Below are positions 41,165 through 54,599 of a stretch of DNA of 64,000 nucleotides, one piece after another; the stretch's first letter is position 1, and every line of letters begins with the position of its first letter. The translations under genes and the position numbers were made by a program. Source of the stretch: Tubiluchus corallicola (lineage: Eukaryota > Animalia > Priapulida); the NCBI GenBank assembly GCA_030141605.1, contig JAQGDQ010000327.1, forward strand, positions 124,001 through 188,000. The letters run 5' to 3'. The notes below the pieces were generated by a model. It had not been told where the DNA came from and did no database searches. It saw only the letters and a list, made by a program, of their open reading frames with translations.

Positions 41165-41945
41165 GGATAGAACAGAATAGAATAGAATTTTATTTTTTCG
41201 TGGAGTACATTACATGGAGCACATTATACACAATATTTCCATAATGGTCCATGGCATGTTAGTAGTAGTTAAAATATAAAATAGAACAAAACATCTTAAA
41301 ATTAAACAAAACTGAAACGGGTTCTATGATTTTTGTAAGTTCTAAAAGTAAGTTCTATAATTAAGTAGAAAAAATCATCGCTTCATCAAATATCAAATAA
41401 TACATTAGTTGATAATACTGTCTGAAGCTGATCGGAATAGTCTTCAATTTAACATCGTGGTTTCGTGACCGTTTTCGCGCTTATGTGTTTTTAACATTCG
41501 TACTTTCAAGCCTTAGTTTAAGCTTTTGAAATACATTTTTCTTGTTTACGTTGTCCTGATTATCCCAGACCTGCCTTAATCCGGTAAATTTAACCCAATT
41601 AGAGTAATTCGACATATGAAGCCATAAGCATATTCACTACATGCAACCAGAAGCTTATTAAACGACATATCATATCAAAACCGAGTGGATATTGTCCTAA
41701 CTCGGGTCGTACTGCATTTTTTTACAGTTTTACAGTTCACCCTTAGTAGGCTACGACATAATTTCAGATTTAATGCTTCAGTTGCAATATTATCATAAAT
41801 GCCACACAATACACCTCGTGAAAACGCATTAGAAAAGTTTGATCTAAAATGTCCCCTCACTTCGCTGCCATACATAGAAATCAGTTTAATTAAAATAAGA
41901 TTATCGTGGAATAGTGTCGTTTTCAATCTACAGATGTGGCCACAG
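41165..41945 (-). mobile_element. LINE 3' fragment with (TCTAT)n tail
   Basis: MYGSEVRG...EALNLKLCRSLLRVN ORF2-tail motif; tail at 41165-41190. Confidence 0.65.
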
Positions 41946-43622
41946 TAGGGGCCTGGCAGAGAATGACTGTTTTATTGGTGGAAATTACTATCTTATTAAG
42001 CACCTGCATAATACGTCGTTACACCCGCGTTTTTGAATTTCAACCAATTAAGAGTCATTCCATGAGAAAATCAGCAAAATAGTGGAAGGTGACAAATCAC
42101 CGATTTTGTTCATATTCACAGGGTTTGATGGTCCCCTCAGATGTACCCCACAGCCAAAATATTAGATTTCAGAAATGAGCCGTCAATTTCTGAGAAAAGC
42201 CGCCATTTTGATTTTTTCGGATTTTCGCAATTTTGGCGTAAAAAATTGCCCATTATTTCTCACGTTATTACAGACAGTAAATGAGCGATGCAGCACTAGT
42301 TAATTGGTGATATATATAGTAGAGGTCTTACCCTACCGTACCATTATCGTTGCCAAATTGAACCTCCTTTTCAGTTGGTGTCATCAGATTGCAAAGATAC
42401 GTGTCTGCTGCTGCTGAATTTAGACGCCATTTTGAAATCCCCATAACTCCACTGGGGCGGGTATTGGGGCACTAATCAATATATTTTTATTTGCAGCTTG
42501 ACCTGTCCTACAAATGCATGAAATAAAATTTTGGCCAGCGATCTCCCAAGAGTCCAGAATTTTTAGCCAAAGTTGCTCTTTTTTGCCATTTTCACAACCT
42601 TGACCTATATTTAGCTATTCGCCTTTGGATGACGGTGTTGCCATTAGAATCGATACAAAGTGCAGCAACGTCAATGTTTATAGTAGTAATGGACTGGCTT
42701 TAGATGTCTGGGCACTCCTAGCAACCAGGCCCCTCATCAGGGGGCCGCATTCCCTTCGAAGGGCCCCTGTGACGATTACAACATAGTGATTTTTATAATC
42801 TGTATAAAACACGGAATAGTTTCATGTACATAATAACAGTTTCGTGTACAAGTGCTCGGGCTATATACCTATGGCCCGTGGATCAATACGGGGGCCTCGG
42901 GAGGGCCCCACTGTCTTGACTGAAAAATAGACTTCAGTCAAAAAGGTTTAGTGTCGCTTTGCTAAACAAGATTCTAAAGTAAGGCGGACAAGGCGAGGCA
43001 AGGCACTCTTTGTGAAATTGTGTTGAAACCGCCGCGAGCATCGAATATAACATGTTGCGAGCCAATTTTTAAAACGCGCACAGCTTTGTGTGGTCTTGTA
43101 TTCAACAGGCGAATAGTTGTCAGTCCCTGATTTTTTTCCTCAAACCAATTCGAGTTAATAGTTAGTTAGTTACTAATACCCTGGTGTGGCAACTTTGGCA
43201 GCTTCGACAACCAGACTTCTGCTTACTAACAACGGGCATTAACAAAAAAACTGGTTAAGAAACGCAGCAAAGGCCAGTACGACCCTGCCTCGGTCGTTAC
43301 ATACTAATTCCGACTCTGTGCAACGTGTGTTTCAAGCCATTCGCTCATATTGTATTTAACCGCCAGGTTTCCGCATATACGCATATACACCGACTACCAT
43401 ATTCAACTAAACTCTAACGAGAATCAGGGTGCTGACGCTTATAATCGCAAATTTTCAAAATAACAAAAAGACAACAACAAATTCTTTACGTCCACGACTA
43501 TTTTTTATTCGCCAATATTCAATGAAAAGTCGCACTATAGTAAATAATAATAATAATCTAATAATTGATAATACATACAGTAAGCTGCTACTATGTGTTG
43601 CTATGGTAACCTCCTTATCAAA

Positions 43623-44172
43623 AGAGACACAGAGAGACAGAGAGAGTCACAGAGAGACAGAGAGACACATAGAGACAGAGAGACTCAGAGAGACACAGAG
43701 AGAGACACAGAGAGACAGAGAGAGCCACAGAGAGACAGAGAGACACATAGAGACAGAGAGACACACACACACTGAGAGAGACACACACAGAGACAGAGAG
43801 AGACAGAAAGAGACAGAGAGAGAGACACAGAGAGATACACAGAGACAGAGAGAGACAGAAAGAGACAGAGAGAGACACACAGAGAGACAGAGAGACAGAG
43901 AGACAGAGAGAGAGACAGAGAGAGACACAGAGAGACAGAGAGAGACACAGAGAGACAGATAGAGACACAGAGAGAGACACAGACAGAGAGAGAGAGAGAG
44001 AGACACAGAGAGACAGAGAGAGAGACACAGAGAGACAGAGAGAGACAGAGAGAGACAGAGAGAGACACAGAGAGACAGAGAGAGACAGAGAGAGACAGAC
44101 AGAGACAGAGACAGATTGATTTGATTTAAGAGAGACAGAGAGAGACAGAGAGAGACAGAGAGACAGACAGAG

Positions 44173-44243
<71 letters not shown>

Positions 44244-44304
44244 CAGAGAGAGACACAGAGAGACAGAGAGAGACAGAGACACAGAGAGATAGAGAGAGAC
44301 ACAG
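43623..44304. repeat. Complex (AG/AC) microsatellite, continuing at 45471-45686
   Basis: Directly visible; source of the SL/RE-rich ORFs. Confidence 0.95.
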
Positions 44305-45470
44305 ATTTGATTTGATTTATTGATTTAACTCTTTATTTCGAACCAAGTTCATAGAATACATAACATACAATAATTACAAGACATACAATAATTATAACAA
44401 CCATATAGATTGTATTGTTATTTTATTTATTTATGTATTAATTTGCATGTGTTGAGAGGAGGTGTTATAATTATTGTATGTCTTGTAATTATTGTATGTT
44501 ATGTATTCTATGAACTTGGTGCGAAATAAAGAGTTAAATCAATAAATCAAATCAAATCTGTGTCTCTCTCTATCTCTCTGTGTCTCTGTCTCTCTCTGTC
44601 TCTCTGTATATATATATATATATACAACATCATGCATCCAGCCTGAATCGTCTCTCATAATTTCTACCTAACACTTTCTTCCACTGGTCTCTTATGTCTG
44701 AAGTGTAAAATGCGTCACTGTTATTCAATGCCTTTATAAGAACATTTGAGCTTTGCATTACTCTACTGTATAGACTGTATGCAGTTTTCCTATGTATTAC
44801 ATCAAAGTATAAAACGTCGTGGTCTACTGAAATGGTCCTAGAACTATAATCATATGGGTAGTTGAAAAGTTTGCGTTTTGAAATATTGTGAGCTACTTTA
44901 AGTTTGCGTTTTGAAATATTGTGAGCTACTTTAAGTTTGCTGAGACTGTAGTTATAAAAATGTCTCCAGGTGGCCATACCGTAGAAAGAATTACAATACG
45001 AGTTGAACAGATGAGTTTTGACATTAGGTGAACAATGATGAAATTTTCTAAGAATACGGTTCGCTCTAGCACAAAACAGACTTCGTTGTCTGATAACATC
45101 CATGTCGTCTTTGTTATCACTGGTGATAATATGGCCAAGATACTTTTCTGTTTCACACGGTATAATTATTTTACCGGCTACCTCAAGTGAACGGAAATTG
45201 AACCCACACATACTGGGGGTGTAATTGTTATGAGTTTAGTCTTGTCGACGTTTATTACTATGTCATGACTATTTGTGTATTCAACATACATATCAACTAA
45301 AGTTTGTAAAGCAGTGGTAGTGGATGCTAGTAAACATCCATCATCAGCAAACATAAGGTGATTTATATAAGTACCACCTATCTGACAACCTAGACCGGTA
45401 GATGTGAGGTCAGAACTCAAGTCTGTGAAATATAAATTAAATAGTATGGGTGACATTTTTGCACCCTGCC
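44305..45470 (-). mobile_element. 5'-truncated RTEX-like LINE inserted in the AG microsatellite, with a rearranged 3' end
   Basis: [56 protein letters not shown]; (CAAAT) tail. The clade call rests on remembered motifs. Confidence 0.85.
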
Positions 45471-46734
45471 ACAGAGAGACAGAGAGAGAGAGACACACAC
45501 AGAGAGACAGAGACAGAGAGACACAGAGAGACAGAGAGAGAGACAGGGTGAGACACAGAGACACAGAGAGAGACACAGAGAGGCAGAGAGAGACACGGAG
45601 AGACAGAGAGAGACAGAGAGAGACAAAGAGAGAGAGACACAGAGAGAGACACAGAGAGACAGAGAGAGAGACACAGAGAGACAGAAACTGTAATTTATCG
45701 TTTCTTTTTGAAATTTTCATTTTTTTTATTCAGAATTATGAATAATTCGTACTAATTTTTTCCGATTTAGGTCACATTCAAGATCGAATCTCGTCAATTT
45801 ATGGACGAGCTGGCCAAGATTTTATTAATGATCTAAGTATGCCTGGTCAAGCTGTAAATAAACATATATTAATTATACTTCAAATACCCGCCCCAGTGGA
45901 GTTATGAGAATTTTAAAACAGGGTGTCATTCAGACTGTAGCAGACACGCATCTTTCATGAGCTCATGATACCTACTGAAAGAGAATCTCAATTCATCAAA
46001 CTCATTGTGGCAATAGGGCAAGACCCCTACTATACCACCCAGCAGCTAGTCATGGATCATTCATTTACTGCCTGTAATGATGTGACAAATATAGGTCATT
46101 TTTTTACGTCAAAATGGCCAAAATCCGAAAAAAATCAAAATGGCGGCCTATCTCCGAAACGGCTCATTTTTGATATCTAATATTTTGGCTGTGGGGTACA
46201 TCTGAGGGGATCATCCAACCCTGTGAATATGAACAAAATCGGTGATTTGTCACCTTCCACTATTTTTTGACTTTTGCATGGTTTTCTCGTGGAATGACTC
46301 TTAAATATCGCACCACAACTTGATGCATATCGGTTGTAAACAGAGGGCTGCTTGCAGAGTGAACTATACAAATGTCTGCAAACCGCTGGCATTGACATTG
46401 ATACGTATCGTAAATTTTTATTGGTGATTGTGTGTAGTTTTTAGTTATAATTTTAAAGATCTGTCGCTTTAAGTTGCTGCATGAAAATTGCTAACTTGAC
46501 ATTTGTCACTCAAAGTGTTAACTCAAATGACCAATACCAGTAGTGCAATTTACAACACAAGTGAAATGGAAACCTCATTAGCCGAACACTCCATAGGCTT
46601 ATTGTGTCAAGCCTAACAAGGTAAAGACTTGAACTATATTAAAATTTTAGTTTTTTTTGGCACAAAATAACACCTTTGCGATTATTGTTATTCTTGCTGT
46701 ATTTTTTGTGCTTTGCGTGCAGTTTCTCTTTTCC

Positions 46735-46907
<173 letters not shown>

Positions 46908-47757
46908 GTTTTATTGTTACATATGTTTTGTTCCTGCGCTGCTGTTGTTGATTTTTTTGTTGTTGTTTGTTTGTTTCATGCATGCTGTTTTTCTTATCAT
47001 CACCATCGTCGTCATCGTTATCATCATCATCATCAACAACAACATCATAATCATCACCTTTATCAGCTTCGGCATCGTTATCATTGTTGTCCTTGTTACA
47101 TTTGTTATTTTGTTGCGGTTTTTGTTGCAATTATTTTGTAATGAGATATAGAAATGCTCTCTTCTGCTTAGTACCAAATTTTCCAATACCAAACTTTTCT
47201 AGTACCAAATTTTGCTTGTACCAAATTACTTCTATAATTATAGCAGAATAAATTAACTGTTGTTGATTAGTTGTGTCCGCTAATTTATTGAAGACAGTGC
47301 TAAAAAACTTTTGGCCAACCAGGGCTTGAACCATTAAGTGCCAGAATTTTGCTATTTCAGGACAAATGATTGGCTTATGACAAATTACAAAATACTGTAT
47401 GTTAAAGATATTTATAATTTTTTGTTTATTTTCAGATTATTACAGCTGACCTTCAGGCTTCAGGGCTTGAGTTTGATAAATTTCGCTGCTGCGTTACGTT
47501 GCATTATTTGAAACCACAATTAAAAGGCAGTTTTTTTAAAAATGTTCTTATAGTTTATCCAAAAGTATAATGTATGTGATTTTTTTTCGCTAAATTTCTG
47601 CTGTTACTATTTTCTTCCTGTTTTCCGATTTTGTACTTTATAAAATAAATTTATTTCAGGCTTATAGCACAAATCAAAAGCCTTACTGCTGTTTTTGTTA
47701 ATATTGGCTTGGGCGCATCTACAATGTGTTTAAAGCAGGTATTACCAACACAAAACA

Positions 47758-47911
<154 letters not shown>

Positions 47912-49472
47912 GAATAAACGTATGTGTATCCTAAATCTTAATCTCGTAAACAAATCAATTTAGGTTTCCTAATGATTGAACTCGCTACATGGCTAGGCAT
48001 TCCACTAACAATTAATTCATACAATAAATTGTAATACTCGTGTATTTCTAATGCTACGTATTTTTATGTATTATGGAACTGTGCAAGTAGCTATTGGGCA
48101 CTCCATGACGGGGGCCTAAAAAATTCAAACTTGTGGTAGGCCTCCAGTTAGCTTATTATCAATGCTATCATCACAATAGTTCTGTAAACACTGAACTGAC
48201 AGAGATCGCTTAGCCAGATGAGCATACTTCTTAAGAGGCTTTTCCTAGAGATCGGTCACCAGGCACCCACCCAGTAACTAACTAGGCTTGGCTAGGAACT
48301 TGACAACTCAAATATTCTTACATTGTTTAACTGTACTTGTTGAGGGTAACTCTGGCAAAGTTTGTAGATAGTATTCGCAATATAATTATAGAAAATCGTG
48401 AAAAATTTAAATGTTATACTTACCATTGTTTCTTTTATTGAAGTTTAGATTTACAACACATGCGTTAGGGTCAGTTCTTATGGGCCAGCATGTTGAAAAA
48501 ATCTCGATGAAAATAATGAACTACATGCACTGCTACACATGTGTTTTGGCAAGTAGTTGTTTGAACAGGCAAATTAATGTTTACTACAATCGGCGTGCTG
48601 GGCAGTTGGTTTTTTTTACACCAATGTACTTTTCCTGTGGTCCGTTTGTTGCTTCTTATGTGCACTTGTGTTCATCTCACCAATTAACATACAATGGTTT
48701 CATGAAATTTTACGCCCGTTTTTGACGTAACAGTTTTACAAAGCATTTACTTTGTAAGATTATTGCTCAAAGTAAGAAAGGGGGAGAGATACAGAGAAGA
48801 AAGGGACACACAAAGAAAGATATAGAGAAAGGAAGGGCGAGAGAGACAAAATAAAGGCACTGTTGCGGCACGCTCGTTTATTCTAAATTGTGCGTCAGGC
48901 TTGCTTCACACACCCGAGTTTGTAACCTGTATGACCTAGTTTAGTTGTCGTAGAAGCTGAAATAATGACGACTGCTTGAGACAGCAGTTTTTTGACATTT
49001 TAGATTTATTGTTTTATTAAACGTTGTAAACTAATTAATAAGTATTTTCGGAAGTTCCGGAAGTTTTTTTTTGCGTTTTCAACTTCAGTTCATAAGAGAA
49101 CGTATACAGAGAGATAACCAAAAACAGACAGAAAGCAAGAGAGTCTCAAAGAGAAAATATATGCGAGTAGAGCACATTCAGCACGGGTTTGTGCTGAAGC
49201 AGCAGCTTCAGCTCTGATGACTAACACGTCTGTTATAAATCCTTCGCCTGAAAACTAGGCACGGTATTAGAAAACTAAATTATGAATACTGGACTGAAAT
49301 AGAGTGTGACGTTTAGGCATCCGTAATATATTTTCCATAATGCAACAGTACATAAATTTTACTACTCATGTGGTTTCTAAAGTAAACGCTAGAGCATATT
49401 AACTTTATACACTAAGGGACTAAATGCATAAAAAGCCAAGCAAACGGCTCTTCTCTTGTTTTCTTTTTACAG

Positions 49473-49491
49473 AATGATTGTCCATTATCCT
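49473..49491 (+). CDS. Possible micro-exon (MIVHYP) of the orphan membrane-protein gene
   Basis: Strong acceptor ttctcttgttttctttttacag|, ATG at 49474 and a weak phase-0 donor CCT|GTAAAA compatible with the next exon. Confidence 0.3.
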
Positions 49492-49893
49492 GTAAAAACG
49501 TCTTTTTATTGTTAACTTTTATAAATTTTGATAAGTCCACATTTTCATGTATTTAAAATACAGAGTTTATGAAAGTTGGCTATGCATGACCATGTAACAG
49601 TATTACTTTATTGCACTGGTTAGGCTCGATGACAGTTGATACGTATTGCACATTCTATAGTGTGCACAAGACCTATAAGATGCTGCCTGTCATTCGATGT
49701 TGTTTTGATCGTTGCGTAACCACTCTCGCGTAAAGAAGTGAATCAACAAATGGCCCGCCAGGCAAGCCTTGGCAGTAACGCTGGTGATGTACGCAGCACT
49801 GCACTATCTGAAGCCCCGCCTACGAAATTCAGCCCGATTACGATAAAGCAGCTTTAACGTGTTGAATAATTTAACTGCTACATTTATACACAG

Positions 49894-50047
49894 GCGCAGT
49901 TCTGGAAGCCACTACATGTAGAAGAGAATTTCTGGGCAAAGCTCGATCGTTGGGAAAAAGAAGCCACAACAACCGATCCGGATGATTTTGAAGCTAAACC
50001 CATGGTTGTGCTTGGTGTAGGCTTGGGCCTACTTGTTGTGATAGTAG
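49894..50047 (+). CDS. Orphan single-pass membrane protein, internal exon
   Basis: tttatacacag|...G|GTAAAT; 154 nt, open: AQFWKPLHVEENFWAKLDRWEKEATTTDPDDFEAKPMVVLGVGLGLLVVIV. The phase-1 end matches the next exon. Confidence 0.75.
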
Positions 50048-51233
50048 GTAAATAAAATGGAACATAAAAAGTTTTGCAATGATAATTTAGCATAAAGCAC
50101 AAATAATCTGATATCCAAAAAACCTCAGAATACTTGAGGATTTACATATTCTATAACTGGGTTTTCCTTAATATTTCGTTAACATTGTCTTTTACCTGGA
50201 ACAAAAAGTGGAGCAAGTTATCGTAATTAATCCTCACGCCAGCCAACCTTGCCCGACTGAGCAAACTAAGAGTTTGTTTTTGCAAAAAAGGTCAAGCTAG
50301 ATTTATTCTAAACTAGCCAGGATCTTTTTTGCGTACCACATGATGATAATAATTACAGAAAAAGTGCTTAGGTGGTACGTGCACCTGCGCGTTCAGCCTA
50401 GAAAGTTTTTTCTTGCAAATTCTCTCTGTGCGAGTTCTGTCGTTAGTATTGCTGAGTGACACTTCGCGCATATGGTCGGAAAGAACTCGCAAAGCCGTTC
50501 ACACTTGCGAGATTACACTTAGAGAGAACTGTCGAGAGAAAACTTTCTACTCTACGCGCGCTGCTATACCTGCCACTGTGTAAAAATGTCTTCGTCCGGA
50601 AGAGACCATCGTCCAAAAATAAATGGCATTTCGCTCCCGTAACAATGTTAGTCCTATTATTAATAATTTTACTTATTGACTGCATAGTCTTGCTTATTCC
50701 ACACTATTTAAATTCTCTTAAGTCAGGGGCCTCTGATCTACTCTGACTTATATCTTTGACTGAAAACAGAGATATGTTTGAATATATACCAGACGTTTGT
50801 CAGTTGACTTACTTGGCATAGAAAACATAGGTATAAAATTTTGACTGCAATTGCTTGCTCAGTGGTGGCAACACAACAAAATTTGTATTCTTGGCAGCGA
50901 CCTTGAATTTTTTAAGATACTTTTGGCGTAAGCAGTTTAGCGCTTTGTTTGGCACAAAAACATAGATTTAGCTGCAAAACGTAATTTATTCTATTTATTT
51001 GAGATGATTTGGATATTGGGCTACCGACATTTCCGTGGCCATCTTGAATTTTACGCAGCATTCTTTAGCTTTTTTGTTAACATCTTGAAAGTGTTTAGGC
51101 CCATAAAACGAAGCTAACAAGGTTTTTTAAATCTGTGTAAGTTGCAAAAGCTCGCTAAGTATACTGTAGTAATGCTGAGCGTAACGGAGTGCCTAAAAGT
51201 GCAAGTTATCGTAGAAATTATGATGCATTGCAG

Positions 51234-51490
51234 GAGTGCTCATCATGTACACAGTGATGAGAGTGAAGGGCATTCACCGGGCAGAAGAAGCCCTCAAAGA
51301 GAAGGAGAAGCAATTGGAAGACGCCAGGAACAAAGCAGAAGAAAATGACATTAAAAAAGAGGAAAGAAAATCAAAAAAGGAATCAAAGAAACTCAAACCA
51401 GTGCAGATGAATGACATCTCTCTATCAGATGTGCCAACGATTGAAATTAACACGGAAGATAATGAAGACGAAACAATAACATATTTCTAA
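51234..51490 (+). CDS. Orphan single-pass membrane protein, last coding exon
   Basis: cattgcag|GA completes the Gly codon. GVLIMYTVM finishes the TM helix, followed by RVK, a charged helical stretch and ...EDETITYF*. Confidence 0.78.
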
Positions 51491-51529
51491 GGAATATATA
51501 TATATATATATAAGGAATTATATATAATT

Positions 51530-52450
51530 TAATTTCAATTTAATTTATTGTGTTAACAATCAACAACACAAATATATTACAATTAGACAGATTACATAAA
51601 TCACAACATCATAATTTAATGTATAATTACCCAATTGACATGCGTAACAATTAAGTTAATGTTAAAATACCATAACGAACATAACAATGATGAAATATGC
51701 AGGCAATACGACATTATAGTAAAATAGTATATTTATGATAGTGGTTGTAGCTGCTGGCTAGTTATTGTTGTTTGTGGTGGTGGCTCGTGAAAATTGCATA
51801 TGGAACAGCCCTCGATGGACATGGCAAACTACCAAGACTTTGTTTAACAAACTACACATCTATTAAATATTAAACACAGACACGATATACAGAATGAGAT
51901 AGTCGAACATCAGCTGATTATAACATGGTATGCCACACCTAACTGGGCTTCTAGCTAAGATGATAATTTAATCTTGAATTATCAATTTAATAATTTAATT
52001 AGTAGTTTGATCTTAAATCATCATTTTAAACAGCTTTCGTTTACTATTATTTTGCTCCTTTCGCACTGAATTCTGACTAAGTCACGAATTAATATTCCCT
52101 AGGATAAACTTAAATTTTTCGTCATTTGTTATATCTGGAAAATTAGGAAATAGTCTCGAAATTTGATCAAACAAACATTTACGTTTGATATCATACTTTT
52201 TGCAAAGCAATATCATATGTTCTCCGTTTTTAGTATCTAAGTTATTACAGTGTAGACCTTATACATACTTGAACAGGTATTTTAATATGGTTATGGTTCA
52301 CAATGGTTCATCCAGTTTCTATGGCAAGAGAATGTGAGCTTATAAGTTCGGCAAATGTAATTTTGTTTCTGTAGATACAAGTTTACATAGAGTAACTATA
52401 CTTAAATTTACTTATCTTTCTACACATTTACATATGTGGCGCCATATACT
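51530..52450 (-). mobile_element. LINE 3'-end remnant, antisense, directly downstream of the orphan gene's stop codon
   Basis: Minus strand reads SSHSLAIETG...EHMILLCKKYDIKR, the C-terminal knuckle region of LINE ORF2; AATAAA and tail near 51545. Confidence 0.6.
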
Positions 52451-53714
52451 TCAACGGTGAACGGGTAAACCATAGATAATAATATTACGACAAGCCCAAT
52501 ATAACGGAGAAGATAGCGCTATTGTTATTACCAATGTTATAGATATGAGGAACGGATTGTACTTTTTTACCCGCTAGCCGTTGGATGGCGTAGCGTGTCA
52601 CGCGTTCGCACTTCACAGGCAGAGTGAGTTCTCCGATTATAGTGTTATTCTCCGTGTCTCAGGATATTACTCCTACTAGTTCTACTACTTGATGCCACTC
52701 TCTGTATTAAGCTAGTGTGTTCCGTTTATATAGGGTTAATAAATATTTACGGTTTGCGTTAAATCATGGCTTTGGTCTTTGATAATTGTCGGATTTAGTG
52801 AACTTAATTTACAATCATAAAAGGAGGCATCTAAATCAAAGAAAATAACTTCACTATTTTTAATCTCGTTGTTGCTCAGTTTTAAATACATGTATTAGTC
52901 AACGTATTTTCCAAGTATAATTATAAAAAGTTGTATCCGTGTTCATTATCATCGTCATCTTCAGAGACTCCGTTGCTTGTAGACTGTTCTAACTGTTTTC
53001 TATTCAAGTCTGTGTCTCCATTTATTATATCAAGGAAAAAATCGCGTGGGTTATATATCTCATCTCATCTGCGAAATCTACGAATGCTAAAACAGTAAAA
53101 CATTAAAATTCAACGATCATGGAGCTTTAAGTCCTAAGTATATGTAAAGATCACAATCCCCAAACTGCCTAACTTGGAATTGTGGAGAATTGGGAAATTT
53201 TTAATTCTGAAGCAGCTGTTGTCAGGAATTTTCGAGTTTTTTATTTACTTCAGAACTTTTTAATCAAGAAAGGCGGAAGAGCCAGACTGGTGCTTAAATT
53301 TTGCCCCAAGTTCAAAAACCTAATTTTCGTTGCGGACCAAAGATAAACGTGAAACTGTTATTATTATTGTCAATTATTACTGATAGTACAATATATATTT
53401 CTCACTTAAACACATGCGAACACGCACACCACACACACGCGCACGCACGCCCAACCCTCACACGCACACACACACACGCACGCACGCGTATAGGAAAAAC
53501 AAGTATAAACAGCACAAAATGACAATTAATTAGACTATTAGCACAGTAACAAAAAATAATCATCAGCGGGTTAATACATAGGTTGAAATATCTTTGATTT
53601 CCTGACTACTAAAACCAGATAAATGACAAGCATTAAATAGTAATTCATTGAGTACTGATAAATTGATATGGTCACTCTCTGAAAGAGAAGGTAATTGCTT
53701 TTTAATCATGCATT

Positions 53715-54593
53715 TATTTTGACCCAATTAACCGATTGAACCTATTAACCGATGGGTGTAGTATTACTGGTATAGAAGTATGAGTCACCAGCTTAGTATG
53801 AACTGCAATGAATGAATTTTAGAAACGAAGTAATGCTTAAATTCCTTTGTGCGGTTAAAAGTTAAAAATTTTTTTAAAATATTAATTTATATAAGTGCAT
53901 TAGCGATAAATTAAAAAGTATAGTTTTCTAAATCACACAAGTTTGTTTATTTGCAAAAGTTACAAAGTTCTCATAATGTAAAAACGTTGAAAATCTGTTG
54001 TTGTATGATGTACAAATTCTCGTAAAATATTTAGTGCTGGCATGCTTAAACTGTTGGTGGTACCCGTGTTTCCCCGGAAGTAGCTTCGTCTGTAGTTTGG
54101 TTTAAGTTTCCGCTTGGTATTGTGATGTACTTACTGTACTGTACCTGCGTCCCTGGCAATAACAACACAACTAACTGATCTTCTGGCAACTAACTAATTA
54201 ACCTTCTGACAAAATCACACAGAGCTTCAAAAGCAAACCACTTGGCAAGTGATTAAATGCTTAGCATCCAGGAATTCTTGGGTAACGAGGTTAATTGCAG
54301 TGGACAGGTGGGTCAAAGCAAGCCAATAGGGTACCATATTAGCCTATGATAAACGTTGCGGCTTACAAAAGCAAACCGGTACTTTATATTATATTATGGG
54401 CAAAAGCGAACTAATATGATATAAAAGTCATAAAGGTTTATTGGTCGCACAAAAGTGTCTTATTGAAGCACGGGAAGCAAAATATTGAGTCAATTATGCC
54501 GAGGTATTTGTGTCAATGTACGTTCATAGAAGCGGCACGTACCAGGCGTTTTTGAGTCAATTAAGCGATTGAGTCTATTAAGCGGCGCCCACA
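53715..54593 (+). mobile_element. pogo/Tc1-mariner-like MITE, copy 2 (right TIR retained)
   Basis: Homologous to about 18376-19010; ends GAGTCTATTAAGCGGCGCC, the reverse complement of the copy-1 left TIR. Confidence 0.8.
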
Positions 54594-54599
54594 TTTTAA

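Larger units (their letters stand above)
42052..46300. mobile_element. Sola3-like non-autonomous DNA transposon with about 500-bp TIRs, enclosing later insertions
   Basis: TTAA at 42048-42051 and 46301-46304; termini GAGTCATTCCA...TGGAATGACTC; inverted homology between about 42052-42550 and 45800-46300. TTAA TSD, GAG...CTC ends and long TIRs are described Sola3 traits. Confidence 0.75.

Noticed and set aside
50443-50746. Overlapping 80- and 96-aa ORFs
   Set aside because: They lie in the orphan gene's intron, with no motifs or phase-compatible splice sites noticed.
52575-52640. tRNA- or SINE-like head (tggcgtagcgtg...)
   Set aside because: An A-box-like motif only; no convincing B box or cloverleaf.
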